Assembly: GCA_963784995.1 (NCBI GenBank)
Contig: CAWATZ010000006.1
Span: forward strand, 8,853 to 72,852
Reading direction: 5' to 3'
DNA length: 64,000 bases
From: an uncultured Planctomycetota bacterium
Lineage (GTDB): Bacteria; Planctomycetota; Planctomycetia; Gemmatales; Gemmataceae
Under the pieces are notes generated by a model that did no database searches, was not told where the DNA came from, and saw only the letters and a program-made list of their open reading frames with translations. The translations under genes and the position numbers were made by a program. This document shows, piece by piece, positions 18,662 through 36,082 of the stretch. Numbering within the stretch: position 1 is the first letter of the stretch; the number at the start of each line of letters is the position of its first letter.

Positions 18662-19126
18662 ATGGCTGATCCGTTGCCAACGTCTCGTATGCTGTCCCGC
18701 TGCCGGTTGTTGCTGCTTCTGCTGCTCAGCTTGCTGGTGGCGTCGTGCCAGAGAGGGGTGAAGTTCAAGACGGTCTATCCAGTCAAGGGGCGGGTGCTGG
18801 TCAACGGCAAGCCCGCCGAGGGCGTCACCGTGATGTTCAACCTCTTGAATGATCCGTCCCTGACGGACCCGAGCGAACTGTACGTCAAGCCGAAGGGCAA
18901 GACGGATGCCGAAGGCTGGTTCACCCTGACCACCTACAAGGGGAACGATGGGATTCCGGCAGGGAACTATGCCGTGACGCTGTTCTGGGTGCCCAAGGGT
19001 TTCGCGGGGGACTTTGACAAGGCCAACAAGCTCCCCGCACGCTACAAGGACCCCGAGACCTCGGAGATCAAGGTCACAATCGCCGCGAAGAACAACGTCC
19101 TGGAACCGTTTGACCTGCACGATTGA
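18662..19126 (+). CDS. lipoprotein with carboxypeptidase-regulatory/transthyretin-like fold, typical partner of DUF1559 genes
   Basis: Signal [30 protein letters not shown] motif. Confidence 0.6.
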   Translation: MADPLPTSRMLSRCRLLLLLLLSLLVASCQRGVKFKTVYPVKGRVLVNGKPAEGVTVMFNLLNDPSLTDPSELYVKPKGKTDAEGWFTLTTYKGNDGIPAGNYAVTLFWVPKGFAGDFDKANKLPARYKDPETSEIKVTIAAKNNVLEPFDLHD

Positions 19127-19205
19127 GAGCTGCGCGAGGGGCTCGCAGTTGCCTGGCGCGGGTGGCCCTCACCACCAAGAAACTCCCAAGGAGAGAGCCG
19201 TGCCA

Positions 19206-20240
19206 ATGAAATGCCGCAGAGCCAGTGGTTTCACGCTGATTGAGCTGCTGGTGGTGATTGCCATCATCGCCATCCTGATCGGCCTGCTCTTGCCCGCCGT
19301 CCAGAAGGTGCGCGAGTCGGCCGCACGCACGCAGTGCCAGAACAACCTCAAGCAAATCGGCCTGGCCCTGCACAACTATGCCACGGCCAATGGCTATTTG
19401 CCGCCGCTGGCCGTCTTTCCGGTTGCGGGTCAGTCCTTGCCCGCGGGGTTGACGGGCAATCCCCAGAGCAGCTGGGTTCCTTTTATCCTCTCCTACGTCG
19501 AGCAGGGCGTCCTCGCGGCGGAGTATGACCTGACTCAGCCCTGGTACTCAGCAGCCAATCGGACGGTCTCATCGACAACGGTGAAACTGTTTCTTTGCCC
19601 GTCCACGCCAAGCTATCCGAATCCGTACAAGGAGATCTACGTGGGGATCACCGGCTTTCCGGAGAACGGGACAGTCTACGGCATGTCGGGGGATTATGGT
19701 GGCTTCGGAGGAAACGAAGGAGGCAACGCCACGACCAGCGGCACGAGCGGCTATCCTTTCCTCTATTTCCCCGGACAGTATCAGCTGCCTGTCTCCGCAA
19801 GCCCCAAAATGCCCTACCCGTATGGGTTAAGCCCGAACCTCTCGGCCATGGCTGTCAATGCGGCGGTGCCGATCACGAACATCACAGACGGCACCTCGAA
19901 TACGATGATCGTCGGCGAATGCGCCGGTCGCGGCAACACCTACGTCCTGAGCACGAAAACCGGCACCTACAACGACACCGGCGCCTGGGCTGCCCCGGGG
20001 AGCAACATCAGTCCGCTGGGCTCCGCCTTCGATGGGACACACCCCAACGGGCTGTTGGAAGGCGGTCCCTGCACCATGAATTGCACCAATGCCAACAACG
20101 TGTACAGCTTCCACACTGGGGGTTGCAACTTCCTCTTCGCGGACGGCTCGGTGCATTTCATCAATCAGAATCTCTCCTGGACCACGTTCGCCGCGCTGCT
20201 GACCGCGAATTACGGCGACACCGTCATCGGCAGTTTTTGA
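19206..20240 (+). CDS. DUF1559 domain protein (prepilin-type N-terminal cleavage/methylation domain; H-X9-DG)
   Basis: [51 protein letters not shown] ... [20 protein letters not shown] aaggagagag. Confidence 0.85.
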   Translation: MKCRRASGFTLIELLVVIAIIAILIGLLLPAVQKVRESAARTQCQNNLKQIGLALHNYATANGYLPPLAVFPVAGQSLPAGLTGNPQSSWVPFILSYVEQGVLAAEYDLTQPWYSAANRTVSSTTVKLFLCPSTPSYPNPYKEIYVGITGFPENGTVYGMSGDYGGFGGNEGGNATTSGTSGYPFLYFPGQYQLPVSASPKMPYPYGLSPNLSAMAVNAAVPITNITDGTSNTMIVGECAGRGNTYVLSTKTGTYNDTGAWAAPGSNISPLGSAFDGTHPNGLLEGGPCTMNCTNANNVYSFHTGGCNFLFADGSVHFINQNLSWTTFAALLTANYGDTVIGSF

Positions 20241-20275
20241 GGCAAAGCAGTCCAGGGGAATCGAGGGGCCGAGCC

Positions 20276-21547
20276 ATGCTCTCAAGGCGTCTGTTTCTGG
20301 GTACAGTTGGGGCGAGCCTGGCGTGTGGCTCGCTGCGGGGCCTGGCGGAGCAGCCGGGCCAGCCGCGCAAGAAAATGGCCATCGTCACGACCGAGTGGCG
20401 TTACCGGTCGCACGCCTGGCACATGGGCGAGCGCTTCCTGGTCGGCTATCCGATCAAGGGCGAATGGCATCGCCCGCCCTTCGACGTGGTCGCCGCTTAC
20501 GTGGACCAGAAGCCGGACACCGATCTGAGCCGGAAACGGGCCGAGGAGTTCGGCTTCAAGATCTATCCAACCATTGCTCAGGCGCTGCGCTGCGGCGGCG
20601 ACAAGCTGGCCGTGGATGCAGTGCTGACCATCGGCGAACACGGCGATTATCCGAACAACAAGATCGGTCAGAAGCTCTATCCGCGCTACGAGTTCTTCAA
20701 GCAGGTCACCGACGTCTTCCAGAAGGACGGCCGGGCGGTGCCGGTCTTCAACGACAAGCACCTGTCGTGGAAATGGCAAAACGCCCAGGAGATGGTCGCC
20801 ACGGCCCGCAAGCTCAAGTTCCCCCTGTTCGCGGGCTCGTCGCTGCCGGTCACCTGGCGGATGCCGGCGGTGGACATGCCGTATGGCGCGGAGGTGGAAG
20901 AGGTGATGTGCCTGGCCATGGGCAAGGTGGACAGCTACGACTTCCACGCTCTGGAGGTGATCCAGTGCATGGCCGAGCGGCGCAAGGGCGGCGAAACCGG
21001 TGTGGTCGCGCTCCAGGCCCTGCGCGGGCCGGCCGTGTGGAAAGCGCTGGAGGCGGGCAAGTGGTCGGCGGGCGGCTGGGACCCGAAACTGCTGGAGGCG
21101 TGCCTGTGCCGCAGCCAGACGCTTGCGCAGGCCCCGACCTACAGCCAGCGGCACCCGACCCTGGCGCAGATGCGGAAATGGGTCGAAGAGCCGGTCGCTT
21201 ACCGCTTCGAGTACGCCGACGGTCTGAAGGCCACGATGCTGCTGATGAACGGCCTGGTGGGGGACTTTACTTTCGCGGCCCGGCTCAAGGGCCTCGCCGA
21301 GCCGCTCTCGACGCTGTTTTACCTGCCGCCGGCCCCGAACATCGCCTACTCGGCGGCGCTGATGTCCAAGGTGGAGGAAACGTTCGTGACGGGCAAGACG
21401 CCTTACCCGATCGAGCGGACGCTGCTGACGACCGGCCTGGTGGAAGCCGGGATGCAGTCGCTGGCCGCGGACCAGAAACGGCTCGAGACGCCGCACCTGG
21501 CGATCAAGTACGAGGCGCCGAAGGAATCGACGTTTGCGCGGAGTTGA
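20276..21547 (+). CDS. hypothetical Tat-secreted protein
   Basis: Twin-arginine signal MLSRRLFLGTVGASLACGSL. Lies 35 bp after the DUF1559 stop. The ORF-track entry 19595..21547 is a read-through artefact of this frame. Confidence 0.65.
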   Translation: MLSRRLFLGTVGASLACGSLRGLAEQPGQPRKKMAIVTTEWRYRSHAWHMGERFLVGYPIKGEWHRPPFDVVAAYVDQKPDTDLSRKRAEEFGFKIYPTIAQALRCGGDKLAVDAVLTIGEHGDYPNNKIGQKLYPRYEFFKQVTDVFQKDGRAVPVFNDKHLSWKWQNAQEMVATARKLKFPLFAGSSLPVTWRMPAVDMPYGAEVEEVMCLAMGKVDSYDFHALEVIQCMAERRKGGETGVVALQALRGPAVWKALEAGKWSAGGWDPKLLEACLCRSQTLAQAPTYSQRHPTLAQMRKWVEEPVAYRFEYADGLKATMLLMNGLVGDFTFAARLKGLAEPLSTLFYLPPAPNIAYSAALMSKVEETFVTGKTPYPIERTLLTTGLVEAGMQSLAADQKRLETPHLAIKYEAPKESTFARS

Positions 21548-21552
21548 ACCGT

Positions 21553-21581
21553 TTCCGTGGGTGCGCTGCGCGACCCACGGG
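21553..21581. terminator. hairpin between convergent genes
   Basis: ccgtgggtgcgctgcgcgacccacgg. Confidence 0.35.
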
Positions 21582-21598
21582 GCCTGTCGGGACCGGCC

Positions 21599-22846
21599 TC
21601 ACACAAACGCCGCCGCCACCGCGTTGGAAAGGTGAACCAGCCGCGAGTGGTTCTTCTCGTGGATGCCCGTGGTGAAGAGAATGCAGAACCCTTGCGTCCG
21701 CGGGTCAATCCAGACCATCGTTCCCGTCGCCCCGGTGTGGCCGAAGACGTGTCTGCCTAGCAGGTCGCCCCAGCTGTCCGGATTGCCGGGATGGTTGAGC
21801 CGCCAACCCAGTCCCCAGGGCTGAGTCCGGCGGACCGGCTCGGGCAGGTCGGGCAGATCGTCCAGACGGTTGGTGGTCATCATCCGGACCGCGGCCGGCG
21901 ACAGTAACTGCACGTCTCCCCAGCGTCCTCCCGAGAGCATTAGCTGACAGATCACCGCGAACTCCTCCGGCGTGCTGTACAGGCCGCCCCAGGGCACGCC
22001 CAGCTGCTGCCAGTAGTCGCTGTTCCAGTCGAAATCGCTGTTGGCCTGGTAATCGGGGACCTGCACGCGGATCAGCCGTTCGCGTGGAAAGCCGCGCGAA
22101 CCGAGCGCGGTCGATTTCAGTCCCAGCGGCGCGAAGATCTCGCGGCGCAAGAACTCGGCAATCGCCAGGCCGGACAGGCGCTGGATGATCTCCGCCACGA
22201 CGGCCGTGCCCATGCTCTGGTAGCTGAGCCTGGTTCCCGCCTTGAACATCGGCACGGTATCACCGACGGCCCCTTCGAGGAACTTCTTTAGCGGCGCATG
22301 CTGGCGGCGCAACTCGGTGTTGTTCTCCAGCATGTCGGGCAGGCCCGAAGTGTGCGTGAACAGATGGTGGACGAGGACGTCCTCCTTGCCGTGGCCCTTG
22401 AACTCGGAGACGTAGCGGACCACGTGATCCGTCAGGTTCAGCTGGCCGCGCTCGACCAGCAGCATGGCGCCCAGGTAGGTGATTGGCTTGGTGATGGACG
22501 CAAGCAGGAACATGCCGTCCTTGCGGATCGGCGGGGCGTCCGGCTCCGGACCCTGCCGGCCGAAGAACCGCGGCGGCACGATTTTCCCGTTTCGGCCCAC
22601 CAGGATGCTGCCGCCGGGGATGGGACTGTCGCGCCCGGTAGTCCACTTCTCCAGCAGGTCGTACGCCGTCTGCAGGCGGCGCGGATCGAGACCAATCTCC
22701 TCCGGCTTCGCCTGCGGCAACGCGGTAGGTTTGGCCGGGGCGTCGGCGGCTTGACCCACGACTCCGCTGGCGAGCACCGTGATTCCCACAGCCCCAGCCG
22801 CGCAGACAATGTCCCGTCGAGTCGGTTGTGATTCTGCGTTCATCAT
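21599..22846 (-). CDS. serine hydrolase, beta-lactamase / penicillin-binding protein family
   Basis: SxxK motif ASITK. Tat-like signal TRRDIVCAAGAVG. Confidence 0.8.
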   Translation of the reverse strand: MMNAESQPTRRDIVCAAGAVGITVLASGVVGQAADAPAKPTALPQAKPEEIGLDPRRLQTAYDLLEKWTTGRDSPIPGGSILVGRNGKIVPPRFFGRQGPEPDAPPIRKDGMFLLASITKPITYLGAMLLVERGQLNLTDHVVRYVSEFKGHGKEDVLVHHLFTHTSGLPDMLENNTELRRQHAPLKKFLEGAVGDTVPMFKAGTRLSYQSMGTAVVAEIIQRLSGLAIAEFLRREIFAPLGLKSTALGSRGFPRERLIRVQVPDYQANSDFDWNSDYWQQLGVPWGGLYSTPEEFAVICQLMLSGGRWGDVQLLSPAAVRMMTTNRLDDLPDLPEPVRRTQPWGLGWRLNHPGNPDSWGDLLGRHVFGHTGATGTMVWIDPRTQGFCILFTTGIHEKNHSRLVHLSNAVAAAFV

Positions 22847-22878
22847 CTCTCCTCTTCGATTCGCACCAATGCCTTTTT

Positions 22879-23027
22879 CTCCCCTCTCCCCTTGTGGGAG
22901 AGGGGCTGGGGGGTGAGGGGTTGCTTTTGATTTATCGTTTCGCGCTCACCCGGCCGAGCGCGAAACGATAAATCAAGGCGGCAAACCCCTCACCCCCAAC
23001 CCCCTCACCCACAAGGGGAGAGGGGAG
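22879..23027. repeat. 149-bp nested palindrome (outer 20-bp perfect arms, imperfect middle, inner 21-bp perfect arms)
   Basis: ctcccctctccccttgtggg...cccacaaggggagaggggag. Inner arms ttttgatttatcgtttcgcgctc / acccggcc / gagcgcgaaacgataaatcaa. Confidence 0.75.
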
Positions 23028-23034
23028 CTTGCTC

Positions 23035-24354
23035 TCACGAGCCCCAGCTTCGCAAACGCTCCACGCTCGCGCGGTAGGGTTTCAGACTCAAGAACAGCAG
23101 CACCAGCGCGATCAGCTCCGCGCTGACGGTGACAATCAGCAGCGAGTAGCGCACCGCCTGCCTGTCCCGGAACACGTGGTCGGTGAACAGGGCGACGGCC
23201 GTGGGTCCGAGCCCCAGTCCCAGCAGGTTGACGACGAACAGGTAGATCGCGGACGCTTGTCCGCGCATGGCGTTGGGCATGATCTCCTGGATCGCGGCCG
23301 GCGCCACGCCGAAGGGCATGCTCAGGAAGAACACCACGAACACCAGCAGCACCACGGCGACATTGGCGCCCCCCAGCGGAAAGAACACGCCGACCGGGAT
23401 GACGGCCAGGGTGGCGAACAGGCTCACGCGCATTGGCGCGTCGGTCAGACCAGTCCGGGCCAACCGATCGGAGAGCCAGCCGCCGCAGACGATCCCCAGG
23501 GAGCCGAACACCATGACAATGCTGCCGTAGACGATGCCGACGTCGGCCGCCTTCCAGCCATAGGTACGGATGAAAAAGGTCGGAATAAAGGCGGCGCCGC
23601 CATAGGAGGCGAAGGCGAGCATCGCGAAGCCGACGTTGTGGTAAACCACCGTTGCTCGGTTGGCGAGCAGGTAGCGGGCGACCTCGCGCAGAGGAACCTG
23701 GACGCCGGCTCCAATACCGCGTCGAGCAGGTTCGCGGATGGCCAGGGCCATCACACTGAACAGCATCCCCGCGGCGCCAAGGATGAAGAAGATGAGCTGC
23801 CAGGGGCGAACCGCGCCCAGCAGCGGCAGCTCGATTTCGCCCTGCGCCCCGGCCCAGCGGATGATCACCCCTCCGAGCACCAAGGCGAGGCCGGAGCCGA
23901 GGAAGATGCCCATCGAATAGACGCTGATCGCCGTGGCCCGCGTCTCCTTCGGAAAGCTGTCGGCGATCAGCGAATAGGCCGAGGGCGAAAGCGTCGCCTC
24001 GCCCACGCCGACGCCGAAGCGGGCCAGCATCAGCTGCCAGTAGTGGCGAGCCAACCCACAGTTGGCGGTCATCAAGCTCCAGAAGAAGACGCCGACGGCG
24101 ACGAGGCCGCGACGGCTTGTCGAGTCCGCCAGCCGGCCCAGGGGAATGCCGCAGACCGTGTAGAAGAGAGCGAAGCTGAAACCCATGAGCAGACTCATCT
24201 GCGTATCGTCAATGTCCAGATCGCGGCAGATGGGCTCCACCAGGAGAGTGAGGATTTGCCGGTCGATGAAGGAGAAGACGTAAGCGACCAGCAGGATGGC
24301 CACAGCGGTCCAGGCGATGCCGGGAGCGGGATAACCCTCTTTGTCGCGATTCAT
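23035..24354 (-). CDS. MFS transporter
   Basis: Start MNRDKEGYPAPGIAWTAV. 12 TM helices. MFS signature G-R-L-A-D. Confidence 0.85.
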   Translation of the reverse strand: MNRDKEGYPAPGIAWTAVAILLVAYVFSFIDRQILTLLVEPICRDLDIDDTQMSLLMGFSFALFYTVCGIPLGRLADSTSRRGLVAVGVFFWSLMTANCGLARHYWQLMLARFGVGVGEATLSPSAYSLIADSFPKETRATAISVYSMGIFLGSGLALVLGGVIIRWAGAQGEIELPLLGAVRPWQLIFFILGAAGMLFSVMALAIREPARRGIGAGVQVPLREVARYLLANRATVVYHNVGFAMLAFASYGGAAFIPTFFIRTYGWKAADVGIVYGSIVMVFGSLGIVCGGWLSDRLARTGLTDAPMRVSLFATLAVIPVGVFFPLGGANVAVVLLVFVVFFLSMPFGVAPAAIQEIMPNAMRGQASAIYLFVVNLLGLGLGPTAVALFTDHVFRDRQAVRYSLLIVTVSAELIALVLLFLSLKPYRASVERLRSWGS

Positions 24355-24395
24355 GGTGTTCTCCCATTGCAGGTGGAAACCGATGGCGTCCCGCG

Positions 24396-27961
<3,566 letters not shown>

Positions 27962-28007
27962 TGGCTGGCTCTCTCCTGTTCTGGGTGCAGCAAAGTGAAA
28001 TCCCGCT

Positions 28008-31596
<3,589 letters not shown>

Positions 31597-31995
31597 TGGT
31601 CGGCTTTCTCCTGTTCCGGGATGCCAGGACCGTTCTGCTTTCCACCTGCGCCGACCGCTTGCGCGGAAGAACAGCAAGGAACGCCGCCAAGAGCAAAGCG
31701 ATTGTCCGGGCGGAAAGGGAAGCCCCATCCGGACTCAGTGCGAGAAATTCGGGGACCAGCGCTCAGGGTCGGGATGGTTGACCTAGCATAGCAACCCCGG
31801 CGCGAAATAGCGAGACCCACGGCAGGACAGCTGCTTGCCTGACCGAGGGCCTCTGGCTTTCGCTCCGAACGTCCGTTGCCGGTTCTTGACCGCTGCTCGG
31901 GAAATGTGACGGCATGCGAATGGGTGAGGATTTTACTTGCGGCGTGCAAAGATCCAGCCCATAGTGAGGTCTGCTCGTCCTGTGGAGAATCGTTC

Positions 31996-33595
31996 ATGAG
32001 CTGGTTGAGCAAATTCTTCGGAAGGTCCCCGGACCCCCTGAAGCCACCCCCCGGCACCGTTCCGGCGACCCTGTCCCTCGTGCCGGGGCAACTTTCCGTG
32101 CGGGTTTGCCGGCACAGCATCCCCAATGGTGCCGAACAAATCCCCTGCTGGACCTACGTTACAGACGGGCTCTGGAAACTCGGCCAGAAGGAGTTGATCT
32201 TCTCGCTGCGCCGCCGGCCGGAAGAGGAGCCCCAGGCCTTTCCGCAAGATCCAGTGCAGTTCTTCCTGCAAGTGCATCGCCTGGCCCAGGAGGGGCGGCT
32301 CGGTCGATGCCGGCGGACACACGTGCTTGCGCAGCCCCGCGGGCTTCCTGGGTACGACCGAGCTGACGGGATTCACTTACGTCCGGCCTGAGCTGCTCCC
32401 GGGAGTGGAGTTGCCTCCTCTGGACCGCGCCCTCACCGCGCTGCTGCTGACGAAAGAGGAGGCCGAGGTGGTTCAGACCCTTGGCGGCTACCGTCTGACC
32501 GCGCTGCTGGGAGACAGCACCCGCTACTACCCCTGTCCTCCCTGGTCGGAGCGCGGCCGGCGTCCGGTCCTCACCCCGCACGACCTGGCACAGAGCCTGC
32601 TCGGGAAGATGCCCCTGGCCGGTTGCCCGGCCGGCTTTGCCCGCATGTTCCTGCCGCCGCAGGCGCCGACTCCTCCGGGGGTGGACCGGACCCTGCCGGA
32701 AGTCGGCAAGCGCATCACGCTCTTCCTGCCCGAGGAGGTCAGGGCGCAGCTCCAGGAAGCATTGTCGCCCTTCCCCGAGAGCTGGGCCCTCGCCTTGCTC
32801 ACTCAGCCGGACCCGGAAGCGAACGTCCGCCTGGTCTGGCGACCGGGGGACCGGGAGATTCGGACCATCACGCCCCACCACAGTGACGGCAGTTGCCTGA
32901 CGGGCGGCTTTGTCGCGCTGGTGGCCGAGCCCTCGCTTCCCGAGGGAGCGCGGGTGGCCGAGGACGGCTTCCTGGCGGCGTTCGGCCCGACCAATCAGGC
33001 CCGCTTTCGGGAGGCCATCTCGACCGGACAGCCCTTCGTCCTGCCGCCCGCTCAACCGGACCTGGCCGAGTTCTGCCTGGAATGGCTGCCCGCGAAGCCT
33101 TCGCAAGCGCCGGCAAGCCCGGCAGGGACCGAGGCGCCAGACAAGACGGCAGCATTTTTCGTCCATCAGATCATGCTCTATCAGCCGGACGAAGTGCTGC
33201 GTCAGCGTGTCGGCAACGTGTCGATCCTGGGTTCCTTCTTGAAGCGCGTGGAGGAGGAAGCCAATCAGTTCTGGTCCGCGCTGCCGCCTGGGGAAAGCCG
33301 GGCCGTGCTCCTGGTCGTGGCCCTGCGACCCGGAGGCCGCAGCCGCTTCTGGCCGGAGGAGAATCCCCCCGGTCTGGATCGAAGGTCAGTGGAAGAAGTC
33401 GTGGCGCGGCTGCAACGCTTGCCGCCGCCCCTGGTGCATAGCGGGCCGGTGGCCGTGGCGCTCCAGGCGTCGCTGTGGTCCCAGGGCGGCAAGCCCGGAG
33501 GCTGGCCCTTCATCCCCACGGAATGGCAGCAAGCCTGCGGCCAGGAGAACCTCCTGGTCCCCGATGGCGTCCTGAAGATCGTCTGGCCCGAGTAA
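31996..33595 (+). CDS. hypothetical protein (apparent frameshift near 32296-32310; may instead be two genes)
   Basis: MSWLSKFF start with SD. The frame with protein-like composition switches at ggggcggctcgg. The C-terminal 35 aa plus 3' flank are repeated at 42003-42127. Confidence 0.45.
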
Positions 33596-33685
33596 GCTCC
33601 GTCCCTTTGCGGAACCAGGGAGTTGAGATAGAATCATCCAGACCCGGAGAGGTGCCGGAGCGGCCGATCGGGCCGGTCTCGAAAA
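33581..33685 (+). repeat. direct repeat X: last 15 bp of gene, intergenic region, and 5' 40 nt of tRNA-Ser (attL-like)
   Basis: About 97% identical to 48512-48616. Identity ends exactly at the anticodon loop (..ggtctcgaaaa). Confidence 0.7.
33646..33685 (+). pseudogene. truncated tRNA-Ser 5' half (acceptor 5' strand, D-arm, anticodon stem-loop only)
   Basis: ggagaggtgccggagcggccgatcgggccggtctcgaaaa, then diverges. Confidence 0.7.
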
Positions 33686-33770
33686 GCGATACCCAGGTTT
33701 TTCGCACCTCCCGCAAAACACGTCAAACCCCTGCAATTTCAGGGGTTTTCGCATTTCCCGGCTTTCTCTC

Positions 33771-33800
33771 GAAACGTCCCGAAACGTCCCGAAACGCGCC
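33771..33800. repeat. 3 x 10-bp tandem repeat gaaacgtccc at the island's left junction, after a short hairpin (33727-33744) plus T-run
   Basis: Read directly. Confidence 0.5.
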
Positions 33801-33816
33801 CTTCCGGTAGTAAATA

Positions 33817-34053
33817 CTACCGCTCTTCCCGGCAACGGAAAAAACCCGCCAGGATGATTGGCGGGGCCGCCGGGTTCGGGTTATTGTCCTGGCGGTCCAG
33901 CTGCCGCACCAGTTCCAATCGGGCAATCACAACCCGCCAGTAACACGGATCGCACGCCTCTCCCGCGTCCGCCAAGGGGGCGGGGTTGTGCCCGTGTCCC
34001 GTGATTGCCTCACCGCACAGACAGCATGTTCGACGCTCTTGTTTCTCGCTCAT
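33817..34053 (-). CDS. small zinc-ribbon protein (CxxC...CxxC)
   Basis: CCLCGE...CDPCYW. 4-bp overlap with the upstream RHH gene. Confidence 0.4.
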   Translation of the reverse strand: MSEKQERRTCCLCGEAITGHGHNPAPLADAGEACDPCYWRVVIARLELVRQLDRQDNNPNPAAPPIILAGFFRCREER

Positions 34054-34310
34054 TTCCCCCCTCCCTTCCGTGTGCCAGTCTTGCCCTTGCCCTTTGGCCT
34101 ACCGACCGGCTTGACCAGTTCATCGCTCAGCGCATCGGTGGTTGGCGTAGGGGTGAACCCATCTCGCCTCAGCTGCTCCATGATGGAGTATCGGACGTAC
34201 CCTGAAACTGATCGCTCTGTCTTCTCTGCTGCCTGGGTAATCAAATCGATGAACCACGGCTCGGCTACCACATCGAGCCGGGCTCTGCCAGATTTCTTCG
34301 GACGCGGCAT
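34050..34310 (-). CDS. ribbon-helix-helix (CopG/Arc-like) DNA-binding protein
   Basis: RLDVVAEPWFIDLITQAAEKTERSVSGYVRYSIMEQL matches a beta-strand plus two helices. K/G-rich tail. Confidence 0.5.
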   Translation of the reverse strand: MPRPKKSGRARLDVVAEPWFIDLITQAAEKTERSVSGYVRYSIMEQLRRDGFTPTPTTDALSDELVKPVGRPKGKGKTGTRKGGGK

Positions 34311-34490
34311 CTCTCTTTCTCCTGAAAAAGGGAGCGATCCTGTCCCATCTATCATACGGATGAATCCGGAAAGAATCCAGATAATTAAATTGATTTATCA
34401 GGAATCTATCCGTATAATTTATGCAGATGGGTGGCAGGGAATCAGAACCTCTGATCGGGCCAGCCATCAAGCAGACAGGAGCAAGTGACC

Positions 34491-34877
34491 ATGAGCGAGA
34501 ACACGAACGAAGTGAAGGGTCAAAGCCGCAAGGTCTACGCGAGCCTGGAAGATGCCAAGAGCGCTGGCATCCCGAAGGATGAGGAGACCGGCAAGGAACT
34601 GAAGGTGCGGTTGTTCGCCCTCTGCAACAACGGGACTCCGGCCGGCTTCGTGTATGCCAGCCACACGGGAGAGGCAGTGCAGATCGGCGCGAGGGCAGCT
34701 GGTTGGTCAGCTGAAGTGGCTGAGGGCAAGGGTCGGGTCTCTGCTGAAGCTCGGCTCCTGACCATGTCCGATGAGGAGCTGGAGGCCCTGCTGGCGAAGA
34801 GGAAGGCCGCTCTGAACGGCAGCAACACGACCAGCGAGGAGAAGCCGGCAGCGAAGAAGCCCGGCAAGGGCAAGTAG
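34491..34877 (+). CDS. hypothetical protein
   Basis: SD aggag 9 nt upstream of the ATG. Lys-rich tail. Confidence 0.45.
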   Translation: MSENTNEVKGQSRKVYASLEDAKSAGIPKDEETGKELKVRLFALCNNGTPAGFVYASHTGEAVQIGARAAGWSAEVAEGKGRVSAEARLLTMSDEELEALLAKRKAALNGSNTTSEEKPAAKKPGKGK

Positions 34878-34901
34878 CCGCTGAGAGGAAGTGGGTGGGG
34901 A

Positions 34902-35132
34902 GTGTTGGTCAAGCTCAACCTCATCACCCTGAACGCGGTCAACCGCGTCAAGGTCAGCAGACAGCAAGCCCGGCAGCTGGTCCTCGCCAGCCAGTTCATC
35001 AGGCTCGGTTTCTGGTCTGGTTGCGACTGGATGACGGTGGATGTCAGCAAGCGCCACGCACTCGGCATCGTTCGAGGTCTGAGGCAATTTGACCTGATTA
35101 CCGGATACGGCGGCTGCCAGATCAACCTGTGA
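34902..35132 (+). CDS. hypothetical small protein
   Basis: GTG start after an SD-like gagagg. Confidence 0.3.
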   Translation: MLVKLNLITLNAVNRVKVSRQQARQLVLASQFIRLGFWSGCDWMTVDVSKRHALGIVRGLRQFDLITGYGGCQINL

Positions 35133-35394
35133 TCTGCACTGCAACCAGGGGGCCTCGCCCAGCCCCTTCCCTCTCATCCACACAACCATCAGGAGTACAG
35201 ACCATGACGAAAGCAAGCGCGGCGGCGAGGGAAGGGCGGACGATTCGGGGGACGGACCACGATTCTCGGACATGGCTTTCCTCCTGAACAGGTAATGTGG
35301 TTGTGTGTTCAGTATGAACACCAGATCATTGACTGATTCCGATTGCCCTGTCAACCAAAAAAAAGAAAAAAGTGGTTTCGGGCGGCGAGCCGTG

Positions 35395-35480
35395 GTATCC
35401 TAAATCAGTGGTGGGATACAGAACAACAACCGTGCTAGGCAGCCGAGCCGTGCTATCCAGCCGGGCCGTGATAGGCAACC
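35395..35480. promoter_or_regulatory. about 18-bp imperfect direct repeats (iteron/operator-like) preceded by an A-rich tract
   Basis: cgtgctaggcagccgagc / cgtgctatccagccgggc / cgtgataggcaaccgagc. A-tract caaccaaaaaaaagaaaaaag at 35357-35377. Confidence 0.3.
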
Positions 35481-35485
35481 GAGCC

Positions 35486-35761
35486 ATGCCGAATGCCGAG
35501 ACAGCGTTCGTCGCCAAGATCCGCGAGCAGATCGCGTTCTTGCGGGACGAGGAATACGCCTACATGGAGATGCATGTGTACGTCTCAGGTATCGCTGAGC
35601 CTTGGGTGTTCGGGCCGGATGACGAGTTCGACTTTGATGGCGAGGAGATCCTAGTCGTGCGACTGGGGCCGACGAGCGAAAACGAGAACCAAGGTGTGCC
35701 GGAGTACGTCTTCCCGCTCCGGCAGGTGGTGGCGACCGAACTGGCGATCAGCGAGGAGTGA
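35486..35761 (+). CDS. hypothetical protein
   Basis: ATG at 35486. Acidic protein. Confidence 0.45.
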   Translation: MPNAETAFVAKIREQIAFLRDEEYAYMEMHVYVSGIAEPWVFGPDDEFDFDGEEILVVRLGPTSENENQGVPEYVFPLRQVVATELAISEE

Positions 35762-35766
35762 GGTCG

Positions 35767-36042
35767 ATGCGGTGGATACTGCCAGGTGGGGCTGTGCTGG
35801 ACGGGGGTAGCCGGAATAGTGCCGAACAGCTGGTGGCATGCCGGCCACTGGTCGCGGTATTGGAGCAGAGGAGCCGGCCGAAGCTGGACGAGCGGCGCGC
35901 AAGTGTGATCCTGAAGCGAACGCAATGCCGGCGCTACGGCTGCTGGGGTAGACTCGCCCCAATGAAGCGAGATAGCGCTGGGCGTGACTTGAAATGTATG
36001 GATTGTGGTTGTCCGGACTGGTCAGATCCCCGGAAACTGTGA
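35767..36042 (+). CDS. hypothetical zinc-ribbon protein
   Basis: SD gaggag. C-terminal CRRYGCW...CMDCGC. Confidence 0.45.
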   Translation: MRWILPGGAVLDGGSRNSAEQLVACRPLVAVLEQRSRPKLDERRASVILKRTQCRRYGCWGRLAPMKRDSAGRDLKCMDCGCPDWSDPRKL

Positions 36043-36082
36043 CTGCCTGGTTGTACTGTGACTGCCGGGGTCTATTTGTTTG

